From: Ignavibacteriales bacterium
GTDB lineage: Bacteria; Bacteroidota; Ignavibacteria; UBA10030; UBA6906
DNA length: 54,158 bases
NCBI GenBank assembly: GCA_037441705.1
Contig: JBBIRR010000030.1
Span: 1 to 54,158, forward strand
Reading direction: 5' to 3'
Both the position numbers and the translations under genes were made by a program. Below, one piece after another: positions 40,105 through 48,766 of this stretch (positions within the stretch are counted from its first letter, which is position 1; each line of letters starts with the position of its first letter). The notes beneath the pieces are model-generated. The model saw only the letters and a program-made list of their open reading frames with translations. It did not search any database and was not told where the DNA came from.

Positions 40105-41580
40105 CTACAAACGACGCTGACCTGCTGCCTCTGAAAAAATTCTGTGGACTTCAGGTAAGTCAGTTTTCTTCACGATGACCAACAACGTATCTCCTTCCTC
40201 GAGAATCGTGCTGCCGCTGGGCACGATGAACTGTTCGCCGCGACCGATGAGCGCGATGAGCGATTGCTCGGGCAAGCCCAGCTCGATGATCGTCTTGCCC
40301 GCCACGGCGGAGCCGCGCGGCACGCTGAGGTCCACAAGTTCGGTGTCGGCGCCGGCGGCGGGCACGGACTCAATGGGGTAGCGGAGCCTTGGCAGCGGAG
40401 GCGCGTCGACGCGCAGCAGGCGCGCAACGGAAGGAATGGACCAGCCTTGCAGAAGTGCCGACGTGAGGACGATGAAGAATACGGTGTTGAAGATGATGCC
40501 CGCGTTGCTGACGTTGGCAAGCAGCGGGAACGTGGCAAGAATAATCGGCGCGGCGCCGCGCAATCCCACCCAACTGATGAACAGCTTCTCACGCCAATTG
40601 TATTCCTTTGGAAGAAGCGAAAGAAAAACGCTCGCCGGGCGTGCTGCGAACATCAAGAACAGAGAAATCAAAATTCCCGGAACCAGAATTGCCACAACCT
40701 CCGATGGATTGACGAACAAACCGAGCGTGACGAACATCCCGATCTGGCTGAGCCAGGCAAGGCCGTCGAAAAAACGAAGGAGGCTTCGCTTCTGCACCAC
40801 GGTGCTGTTGCCCAGGTAGATTCCCGCGATATACACCGCGAGAAATCCGCTTCCGTTTGCCAGCGTGGTGATGCTGTAGATGAAGGCGGCGGATGCCAGC
40901 GTGAACACAGAATAGATGCCCTCATACGAGAATTTCAGGTGATTGATCGTCCACACGAGAAGATTGCCGAAGAGATAACCGAGGGTCAATCCGATGCCCA
41001 TCTGAAGGATGAATTGGATGATGAGACCGAATCCCGACGAAAGACTACCGGTGATCAAACCAATCATCCCTATCGTAAGAAACACGGCCATGGGGTCATT
41101 GCTACCGGATTCCAATTCTAACAGCGGCTTGAGTGGATGACGGAGATGGACATTCTTGGAACGCAGCACGGAGAAGACTGCAGCAGCATCGGTTGATGAG
41201 ATAACGGCCCCGACGAGCATTCCCTCTAACATTGAGAAGTCCAGGACGAGTGTGACGAACGCACCGACCGCGGCGGCAGTGAGCACGACGCCGAGTGTTG
41301 CCAGCCGAAACGCCTGTCCCGCGACGGGCCGCACATCATGCCAGTTGGTATCCAATCCCCCCGAAAACAAAATGAGCACGAGAGCGATAACGCCGACGGA
41401 TTGCGCCAGGCCCGTGTCCGAGAAATGAATGCCGCCCGGTCCCTCGCTGCCCGCCAGCATGCCGACGGCAAGGAAGAGCAGCAGCGTTGGGACGCCGAGG
41501 TTGTGTGTGGCTCGAGCAATCGCCACACTTCCTAAGATGAGCGTCGAGACGACTAAGAGGATGTATTCGATACCGATCAT
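40105..41580 (-). CDS. cvrA: Potassium/proton antiporter (CvrA/NhaP2) with C-terminal RCK_C domain
   Basis: GMLAGSEGPGGI, SSTDAAAVFSVLR, LELESGSNDPMA and WVGLRGAAPI motifs; TrkA-C-like tail; ATG at 41580. Confidence 0.93.
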   Translation of the reverse strand: MIGIEYILLVVSTLILGSVAIARATHNLGVPTLLLFLAVGMLAGSEGPGGIHFSDTGLAQSVGVIALVLILFSGGLDTNWHDVRPVAGQAFRLATLGVVLTAAAVGAFVTLVLDFSMLEGMLVGAVISSTDAAAVFSVLRSKNVHLRHPLKPLLELESGSNDPMAVFLTIGMIGLITGSLSSGFGLIIQFILQMGIGLTLGYLFGNLLVWTINHLKFSYEGIYSVFTLASAAFIYSITTLANGSGFLAVYIAGIYLGNSTVVQKRSLLRFFDGLAWLSQIGMFVTLGLFVNPSEVVAILVPGILISLFLMFAARPASVFLSLLPKEYNWREKLFISWVGLRGAAPIILATFPLLANVSNAGIIFNTVFFIVLTSALLQGWSIPSVARLLRVDAPPLPRLRYPIESVPAAGADTELVDLSVPRGSAVAGKTIIELGLPEQSLIALIGRGEQFIVPSGSTILEEGDTLLVIVKKTDLPEVHRIFSEAAGQRRL

Positions 41581-42800
41581 TGCAGAGACCGTGTTCGTTG
41601 TGCTGCAGCAAGCGCCGGAAGGGCAACAAGCGAAAGCAGACTCATCCCGATGAACGCGGCAGGATAGCCGAAACCTCCGACGAGCCTGCCAATGAGCAGC
41701 GCCGACCAGGATTCGCACAGATTCGTCGCCCCCATGAACGCGCTGAACTGTGTTGCAGCAAGATGCGGTTCGGTAATCTCCATGAAGAACGCATACGAAG
41801 CCGCGGTGAACAGACCGATCCCAAAGTACATGAGCGCGAGCATCGGCAGCAGCATGTGTTGTCGTTCGTCATGATACAGATCCGTCAAGCCGATTGCTGC
41901 GACGACCACAACAATGAGGACGATGAACAGCATGACGGCTGTGTGTTTGTTCAGCTTGTCCGCGATAATGCCTCCTAACAGTGAGCCCACCATCATTGCC
42001 AGCACGGCCGGGAAACCGAAGAACAGGCCGACGGTTTCGGCGGAGAATCCTCTATCGACGAGAAAAGGACCGGCTACGGCGCCGGCTCCCTCGTACGCCG
42101 CCCCGGCGAAAAGCGCGACGACGAATCCCAACCGGGTCGTGCGGTCCTTCGCAACGTTTTTGAGTCGCGCTGCGAACTCATGCAGGCGTTGTTGTTTCTT
42201 CTCACCGTTCGCTCTGAACTGAGGTTGAATTGCAGAACGAGCCAGGAGCAGCGCTGACGAGAGGATGGCTGCAATCAGCAGCGCCAGCACCGCACGCGGA
42301 TCGATGCGGGCGATGACCACGAGGGAGACGCCGCCGAAGAGCGCACGGCCGAGCAGCATTCCCGCCTGCATCCAGCCGTTGATTCTACCGCGTTCTTGTG
42401 AAGGAATGATGTGAATGGCCAGCGCATCGATTGCCACATCCTGTGTCGCCGCCGCAACAGAGTGGAGAAGCAGACAGGCGGCGACGACAGGGAATGCAAC
42501 AGCGTCGGTGACAAAGAACAGCGGTACGATGCAGAGTGCCATGCCGAACTGTGCGGTGAACACCCAGTGCTTCAAAGTCCATCGCTCGCCCGAAAATAAA
42601 TCCACCAGTGGAGCCCACAGAAACTTGAGCGTCCACGGAAAGACAAGAGCTGATGTGAGCAGCGTAATCTGCTCGATGGGAATTCCCTGCAGGCGAAGCT
42701 GCGCGGGCAGCGCCCACCAGATGAACCCGATCGGTGCGCCCTCGCTGAAGTACAGTGCAGCGAAGAGCATTCGCTGCTTCCACAACCTCGAGCGATTCAC
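41577..42800 (-). CDS. MFS transporter, AmpG/PAT-like
   Basis: LYFSEGAPIG, PWTLKFLWAPLVD and AATQDVAIDALA motifs; about 12 TM segments. Confidence 0.88.
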   Translation of the reverse strand: MNRSRLWKQRMLFAALYFSEGAPIGFIWWALPAQLRLQGIPIEQITLLTSALVFPWTLKFLWAPLVDLFSGERWTLKHWVFTAQFGMALCIVPLFFVTDAVAFPVVAACLLLHSVAAATQDVAIDALAIHIIPSQERGRINGWMQAGMLLGRALFGGVSLVVIARIDPRAVLALLIAAILSSALLLARSAIQPQFRANGEKKQQRLHEFAARLKNVAKDRTTRLGFVVALFAGAAYEGAGAVAGPFLVDRGFSAETVGLFFGFPAVLAMMVGSLLGGIIADKLNKHTAVMLFIVLIVVVVAAIGLTDLYHDERQHMLLPMLALMYFGIGLFTAASYAFFMEITEPHLAATQFSAFMGATNLCESWSALLIGRLVGGFGYPAAFIGMSLLSLVALPALAAAQRTRSLQ

Positions 42801-44356
42801 GCGTGCGAGTGGTTCGCTTTGGTTTTCTTCAACCGCACTTCATACAGGTCCGTACGGCGGTCGTACCAATTCAGGACGTTGCCTGTCTGTCGGTGGCGCT
42901 TGAGGAGCTCCAGATCGACGTCATCCACAATCACCGTTTCGATGTTCGGCGTACACTCGGCGCTGATCGCGTCGCGCGAAAAGGGAATATCGGCCGGCGT
43001 GTATATGCCCGACTGCGCGTACTGAACGTCCATGTTTTCGACCGACGGGAGATTCCCGACCGTACCGGCGATGACGGCATAGACGTGGTTCTCGATGCAG
43101 CGCGCCTGAGCACAGTAGCGCACACGCAAATAGGCGTAACGCTCATCCGTGTTGAAAGGAACGAAGATAATCTGCGCTCCCTTCTCCACGGCGATGCGGG
43201 AGACTTCGGGAAACTCGATGTCGTAGCACACCTGAATGTTGATCTTGCCTTTGTCCGTTTCGAACACCTCGATGCTGTTTCCCGGCTCGACGCCCCACCA
43301 GTGTTTTTCGTTCGGGGTGATGTGAAGCTTGTATTGCTTGCCGATTCCGCCGTTTCGCTTGAACAGATGCGCAACGTTGTAGAGATGATCATCTTCCACA
43401 ACGAAATGTGAGCCGCCGATGATATGGACGTCGTACTTGATCGCAAGACGGGAAAACAATTCGAGGTACTGCGGAGTGAACTCTGCCAGCTTCCGCACTG
43501 CAATCCCCGGTCGTTCGGAGCGGATGAACGAGAGCAGTTGGGTGGTGATCAATTCGGGGAAGAGAACGAAATCCGACTTGTAGTCCGCAGCGACGTCCAC
43601 AAAGTATTCCACCTGCCGTGCAAATTCATCGAAGTTCTTGATCTCTCGCATCTGATACTGCACGGCACAGATACGGACGGATTTGTAGGGAACGAACTTC
43701 TTTGACGTGTCGGGCTGATAGTCGAGATTCGACCACTCCAACAGCGTCGCGTAGCCGTCGGATTCTTTATCGGATGTCAGGTACGACTTGATGAGGCGCT
43801 TCAGGACAAAGCCGTTGGAGAGTTGTGTGGTGAGGACCGGATCCACAAGAGCTTTCTTCATGACTTTATCAACGTACTCGCGCGCCGACATCTGATCCTT
43901 GTATTTTGCGTACCCCGGAATGCGACCGCCGAGGACGATGCGCATGAGGTTCATCTCCTGTGCGAGACGCTTGCGGGCGTCGTACAGCCGGCGTGCCAGA
44001 CGCATGCCGCGAAAGTCCGGGTCAACCATGATCTCGATGCCGTACAGCGTGTTGCCTTCCGGATTGTGGTTGCGGATGAACCCGCCGTCGGAGATCTGAC
44101 GCCAATCGTGCGTCTCGCCGTACATGGCAAAGTCGAGGACGAGACTGCTCGACGATGCCACGATCTTGCCTTCGTATTCGATGCAAATTTGCCCCTGGGG
44201 AAAAATGTTTAGCTGGCTCTGCAGTTGCTCGCGTGTCCACGGTTTCATGCCGGGGAAACACTTCTCCTGCAGGGCAACGATTTGCTCGTAATCCTCCATA
44301 CGGATATTGCGGACGATGATCTTCTGATCGAGGGTCGTCGGATCGAGGGACTTCAT
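42797..44356 (-). CDS. Bifunctional GNAT acetyltransferase / carbon-nitrogen hydrolase
   Basis: GNAT motif A VDPDFRGMRLARRLY; nitrilase triad FPE, QYKLH, VCYDIEFPE; ATG at 44356 after AGGT. Confidence 0.92.
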   Translation of the reverse strand: MKSLDPTTLDQKIIVRNIRMEDYEQIVALQEKCFPGMKPWTREQLQSQLNIFPQGQICIEYEGKIVASSSSLVLDFAMYGETHDWRQISDGGFIRNHNPEGNTLYGIEIMVDPDFRGMRLARRLYDARKRLAQEMNLMRIVLGGRIPGYAKYKDQMSAREYVDKVMKKALVDPVLTTQLSNGFVLKRLIKSYLTSDKESDGYATLLEWSNLDYQPDTSKKFVPYKSVRICAVQYQMREIKNFDEFARQVEYFVDVAADYKSDFVLFPELITTQLLSFIRSERPGIAVRKLAEFTPQYLELFSRLAIKYDVHIIGGSHFVVEDDHLYNVAHLFKRNGGIGKQYKLHITPNEKHWWGVEPGNSIEVFETDKGKINIQVCYDIEFPEVSRIAVEKGAQIIFVPFNTDERYAYLRVRYCAQARCIENHVYAVIAGTVGNLPSVENMDVQYAQSGIYTPADIPFSRDAISAECTPNIETVIVDDVDLELLKRHRQTGNVLNWYDRRTDLYEVRLKKTKANHSHA

Positions 44357-44454
44357 AGGGCACCTGTGTGTAAAAGCTGGACGGAAACGCATCGGGATGC
44401 GCCGCCGGCGGTGCACGCACGACCGGCGACGCTTTTTCCGATGTTGGCCTGTGT

Positions 44455-44583
44455 TTAGAAAACACCAATTACTTGAAGGAGAAGGAACAGTACCCCCCCG
44501 CCGATGATGGCGACAAGGATCTTGAACTGGATGGGAAAGCCGGCTTCCTGCTCCTTCCTTGGTTCTCGCTCGTGCGTGGTCAT
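44455..44583 (-). CDS. Unannotated 42-aa single-TM protein
   Basis: GAGGAGG RBS 6 nt before ATG; MTTHEREPRKEQEAGFPIQFKILVAIIGGGVLFLLLQVIGVF followed by TAA. Confidence 0.7.
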   Translation of the reverse strand: MTTHEREPRKEQEAGFPIQFKILVAIIGGGVLFLLLQVIGVF

Positions 44584-44656
44584 TGGTTTCCTCCTCTGCA
44601 ATGACGATCAAAAAATCCTCACAACCGAAAGGGATCTTCCGGCGCGAGCGTACTTG

Positions 44657-45019
44657 CTAACCAATCGTCATGTGCAGCGGCGGAGGACGAGAATACAACG
44701 GGGGTGGCAGATCCGCCTCCGGGATGGTTTCCCGCACAAGAAGCGGAACGAACGCAACATCTGCCGCTCGCACGTGTCGTTCGGCGACCACCGCATCATG
44801 CGGCGGCAGCTCGATTTGTTTCGTCAGCGGAAGGTGGCGGCGCGCAACCACGTACGATGCACCGCTGATCGGCTTTGTGGTTTTTGCCGACGTGATTCGC
44901 TGGGGTTTGGCGCCGGGGAAAATGATGCGCGCCCAGGCCTCCAACGGTTCGGCAAGGCTGACCGATCCGTAGCAGAACGCCAGCAGAAGAACAGCGATAT
45001 GTGAGGCACGTGCCGGCAC
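44657..45019 (-). CDS. Hypothetical protein with N-terminal signal-like segment and C-terminal SRPPP (candidate arrest/leader peptide)
   Basis: HIAVLLLAFCYGSVSLA; ends LPPPLYSRPPPLHMTIG; GTG start without a clear RBS. Confidence 0.55.
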   Translation of the reverse strand: MPARASHIAVLLLAFCYGSVSLAEPLEAWARIIFPGAKPQRITSAKTTKPISGASYVVARRHLPLTKQIELPPHDAVVAERHVRAADVAFVPLLVRETIPEADLPPPLYSRPPPLHMTIG

Positions 45020-45164
45020 GCCGCGATGAGAATGTTTTCTACAAGTAGGTAGCTAATTGGGTAGAAAGATGCAACCACGCGGCGGCGGACCGCGCGTCTT
45101 GCGAACCTGAAAGAAATATCATATATAGTAACGAAACGTACACCATCACGATACGGAGGGACCC

Positions 45165-47633
45165 ATGAAACGCGCGGCACTCGCACTCGTTGTTCTGCTC
45201 ACTCACCTCGCAGTCGCACAAGACCTGTTCATTCCCGACAATCCATATGACCAAGCCGATGAAGCTGTCAAACGTCAGAACGCGTTCAATCGTGAACGGT
45301 GGTTTTACGAGCAGCGGATGTATCCCAACAACTACCTTCCCGATGATGCCTACGCCAGGGCACTTCGCCAGCGGGATGAGTTGAGGAGTCGGCAGGGATT
45401 CTTTGCAAACAACGTCACCTGGACGAACATCGGTCCGACACCGGGCTTTTATTTTTCCTATGGCAACATCTCGTCTCGCATCACGACGATTGCCTATGAT
45501 CCTCAAAACCCCAACATCGTCTATCTCGGCGCGGCGTTCGGCGGCGTGTGGAAAAGCACGGACGCCGGGTTGACGTGGACTGCGAAGACGCACGATGAGG
45601 CATCGCTTTCATCCGGGGCGCTGGCCATCGATCCGACCAACACGAACATCATCTACTACGGAACGGGAGAGGCGACCTACTCGGGCGCGTCGTACTACGG
45701 TCGGGGACTTCTCAAGTCCACCGATGGCGGCAATACATGGACGAACTACACTTCGGGGCTTCCGTCGCTTTCGTACTTCTCGCGGTTGGTCATCAGACCC
45801 AACGTTCCGAACCAGCTCCTCGCCGCGTTGGGCAACAGAACAAGCTTAGGGGTTTCGGGCGGATTGTATCGAAGTACCGATGGGGGCGTGAGCTGGACGC
45901 AGCTTTTGAACGGGCGCGCCGATGATGTCGTGTTCACGCCCAGCGGCGATACGGCCTATGCCGTCGGCAGCGGCATCGGCTATCGCATGTCGATTGATGG
46001 CGGGCAGACATTCACGTCCGTGAGTGCGCTGACGATGCAGACGCGAAATCACCTTGCCATTGCTCGGTCATCTCCCAACATTATTTACTCCGCGCATCAC
46101 TCCAGCAGCATCGGGATTCACATTTACAAGTCAACGGACTTTGGGATGACGTTCACGCGTGTCGCCAGCAGTGTCAACTTCAACGGTTCGCAGGCATGGT
46201 ACGATTTTTACATCCACGTGAATCCGTTCGATCCCAACTACGTTTATGTCGGTTCGATTGATATCTGGCGTTCCACCGACGGGGGGAATAGTTTTACGAA
46301 CATTACCAACGGCTACAGCGGCGGCAGCGTGCATGTGGATCAGCACAACGTTGCCTTCCATCCCACCGATGCCAATCAGATGTTTTGTGTGAACGACGGC
46401 GGCGTGTGGCGTTCGAGCGATCGCGGATCGAGCTGGCAGAACCTCAACTCAACGCTGACGCTCACGCAGTTCTACCGCATCGCTTCCGATCCTTCCAACT
46501 GGCAGCATATCGCCGGCGGCACACAGGATAACGGCACGCAGCGCACACTCGGCAGCATCAACTGGACTGCTGCATTCGGCGGCGATGGGGGAGAGGTCTG
46601 CTTCCATCCTCAAAACCCCATGACGATTTTGGGCGAGACCCAAAACAACGGCGTCTATCGCTCACTCAACGGCGGAGCCAACTGGTCATCGGCCACGTCG
46701 GGCTTGAGCGGCTCCGGGGCATGGGTTGGGCCGATCATCGCCCATCCGGATTCGGACGGCATCTTCTACACGGCGCGGCAGCAGGTGTTCAAGACGACAA
46801 ACTCCGCCGCCTCGTGGTTTCCCATCTCCAGCGGCACAAGCGGGACGATTCGTGAGATGGCCATCAGCCGATCCAACCCGAGTGTCATCTACGCTACCTC
46901 CGGCGGACAAATCTATCGTTCGACGAACGGCGGCGTGACGTTCGTGGGCGTCTTCAGCGGCTTACCCACCAACATCATCACCAGCGTTGCCGTCCATCCC
47001 GATTCGGAAGATGTCGTGTTGGTGACCTACTCGGGCTTCGGTACCGGCAAAGTGTATCGCACCACCAACGGCGGAACAAGCTGGACGAACATTACGGGCA
47101 ATCTGCCGGATTCTCCCGCGAATGATGTTCTGATCTATTATCCCGGTTTCGCTACGAGCACGTACTTAGTGGCAACAGACGTCGGCGTGTTCATCTCCAA
47201 CAATTATGGACAGAGCTGGACCGAGCTTGCCGATGGCCTCCCGAACACCGTCGCCATCAGTCTCGACTACAATCTTGCCGGAAACAAAATCCGCATCGGA
47301 ACGCATGGCCGGGGCGTATATGAAACAAGCCTCGTCACCGGAGTGATTGATTATAATGGCTCGAAGCCCAATTCGTTTGTCCTCTACCAGAATTATCCCA
47401 ATCCATTCAACCCCACAACACACATCCGCTACGCGCTGCCTGAAGCAAGCCACGTGCAACTTGTTGTGCACGATGCGCTCGGACGAGAAGTAGAACGGTT
47501 GGTGGATCAGACGCAAGCGCCGGGAACGTACACGGCGATGTGGGACGCGCGCACGCATGCAAGCGGCGTGTACTTCTACCGACTCACAGCAGGAACGCAT
47601 TCGGAGACGAAGAAGCTTCTCCTTGTGAGATGA
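45165..47633 (+). CDS. Secreted BNR/Asp-box beta-propeller protein (GH74/Vps10-like) with type IX sorting domain
   Basis: Signal peptide; about 10 (K/R)S(T/S)(D/N)xGxxW repeats; QNYPNPFNP...ASGVYFYRL; GGAGG RBS. Confidence 0.9.
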   Translation: MKRAALALVVLLTHLAVAQDLFIPDNPYDQADEAVKRQNAFNRERWFYEQRMYPNNYLPDDAYARALRQRDELRSRQGFFANNVTWTNIGPTPGFYFSYGNISSRITTIAYDPQNPNIVYLGAAFGGVWKSTDAGLTWTAKTHDEASLSSGALAIDPTNTNIIYYGTGEATYSGASYYGRGLLKSTDGGNTWTNYTSGLPSLSYFSRLVIRPNVPNQLLAALGNRTSLGVSGGLYRSTDGGVSWTQLLNGRADDVVFTPSGDTAYAVGSGIGYRMSIDGGQTFTSVSALTMQTRNHLAIARSSPNIIYSAHHSSSIGIHIYKSTDFGMTFTRVASSVNFNGSQAWYDFYIHVNPFDPNYVYVGSIDIWRSTDGGNSFTNITNGYSGGSVHVDQHNVAFHPTDANQMFCVNDGGVWRSSDRGSSWQNLNSTLTLTQFYRIASDPSNWQHIAGGTQDNGTQRTLGSINWTAAFGGDGGEVCFHPQNPMTILGETQNNGVYRSLNGGANWSSATSGLSGSGAWVGPIIAHPDSDGIFYTARQQVFKTTNSAASWFPISSGTSGTIREMAISRSNPSVIYATSGGQIYRSTNGGVTFVGVFSGLPTNIITSVAVHPDSEDVVLVTYSGFGTGKVYRTTNGGTSWTNITGNLPDSPANDVLIYYPGFATSTYLVATDVGVFISNNYGQSWTELADGLPNTVAISLDYNLAGNKIRIGTHGRGVYETSLVTGVIDYNGSKPNSFVLYQNYPNPFNPTTHIRYALPEASHVQLVVHDALGREVERLVDQTQAPGTYTAMWDARTHASGVYFYRLTAGTHSETKKLLLVR

Positions 47634-47688
47634 GGGAGAGGACGATGAACGCGGGATTGTAGATTTTCGATTGTGGATTCTGGATGTA

Positions 47689-47733
47689 CGATGAAGCCCA
47701 TCCGCGTTTCCTGGATGGGCTTCGTCGCTTTTT
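47689..47733 (+). terminator. Intrinsic terminator
   Basis: GAAGCCCATCC/GGATGGGCTTC stem followed by a T-run. Confidence 0.8.
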
Positions 47734-47815
47734 CGTATTCATGAAGAGAGATTACCAGCGTGTAAGAAAATTCAACACCTCCTTCACCGGTTAGAAAAAT
47801 TTTCTGTTCCGTGCC

Positions 47816-47846
47816 TTGATACTAAAACGCATCTCACGTATATTTG
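47816..47846 (+). promoter_or_regulatory. Putative promoter of the act operon
   Basis: TTGATA-17 bp-TATATTTG. Confidence 0.6.
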
Positions 47847-47991
47847 TGCTCGTTGCGAGATGATTCCCGCTTGTCCTGTCTGCTGACCTTCGCGAAGCGA
47901 TCATCGGCAACGCGACGACTGTTCATTCACAATCGGCTTTCGCTCAGCACACTCACATTTCCGGAACATGACGAAAGGACTGTACAGGTAG

Positions 47992-48648
47992 ATGGCCCAG
48001 ATCTTTCATCCCAGCATGAGAGTGATTTCTCGGGCCAGCATCGTTGCGGTAGTTCTTGTGGCCGGGTTTGTGGGTTGGGTGTGTTGGGACCTGTATCGTT
48101 CGGGGTACTTTACGGACGTGAACGTTCCCATCGAGCAGCCGATTCCCTTCAGTCACGAACACCACGTGAACGGGCTTGGCATCAGCTGCGGCTATTGCCA
48201 CACGACGGCCGAGAAAGCGGCCTTTGCCGGCATCCCCGCGACGCACACCTGCATGACCTGTCACTCGCAGATCTGGACCGGGGCGCCGATGCTGGAGCCT
48301 GTACGCGCAAGCTACCGAACGCAGAGACCCCTTGAGTGGGTGCGCGTTCACGACCTGCCGGACTTCGCTTACTTCAATCACAGCATTCACGTCAACAAAG
48401 GCATGGCGTGCCAGGTGTGTCACGGTAACGTCAACACCATGCCGTTGACCTGGAGAGCCAACCCGATGCACATGTCGTGGTGCCTCGACTGCCACCGCGC
48501 GCCCGAGAAGTATATCCGCCCGGTGGAAGAAATCTACAACTTCGACTACAAGCCTCCGAAAGACCAGATTGCCTTCGGGAAAGAATTGGTGAAGAAGTAC
48601 AACGTGCAAGTGAAGCAACTTACGGATTGTTCGATCTGCCACAGATGA
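47992..48648 (+). CDS. actA: Alternative complex III pentaheme cytochrome c
   Basis: Five CxxCH motifs, QPIPFSH and VHDLPDFAYFNHS. Confidence 0.95.
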   Translation: MAQIFHPSMRVISRASIVAVVLVAGFVGWVCWDLYRSGYFTDVNVPIEQPIPFSHEHHVNGLGISCGYCHTTAEKAAFAGIPATHTCMTCHSQIWTGAPMLEPVRASYRTQRPLEWVRVHDLPDFAYFNHSIHVNKGMACQVCHGNVNTMPLTWRANPMHMSWCLDCHRAPEKYIRPVEEIYNFDYKPPKDQIAFGKELVKKYNVQVKQLTDCSICHR

Positions 48649-48766
48649 ATGATATGGTCAATCCCAAATCTCAAGCGACAGGCTCCAAACAAATTCCAGG
48701 TGATCAAGGTTGATGATCAGGAGATTGCAGATCGGGCGTCCGAAAAGGAAAGTCTATTAACGCAAA

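Noticed and set aside
44357-44611. N-terminal extension of the GNAT-nitrilase (604-aa call)
   Set aside because: Non-protein-like sequence; it overlaps the 42-aa ORF, which has the strong RBS.
47760-47806. Rex-like operator upstream of actA
   Set aside because: The AT-rich imperfect palindromes are too far from TTGTGAA-N4-TTCACAA to call.
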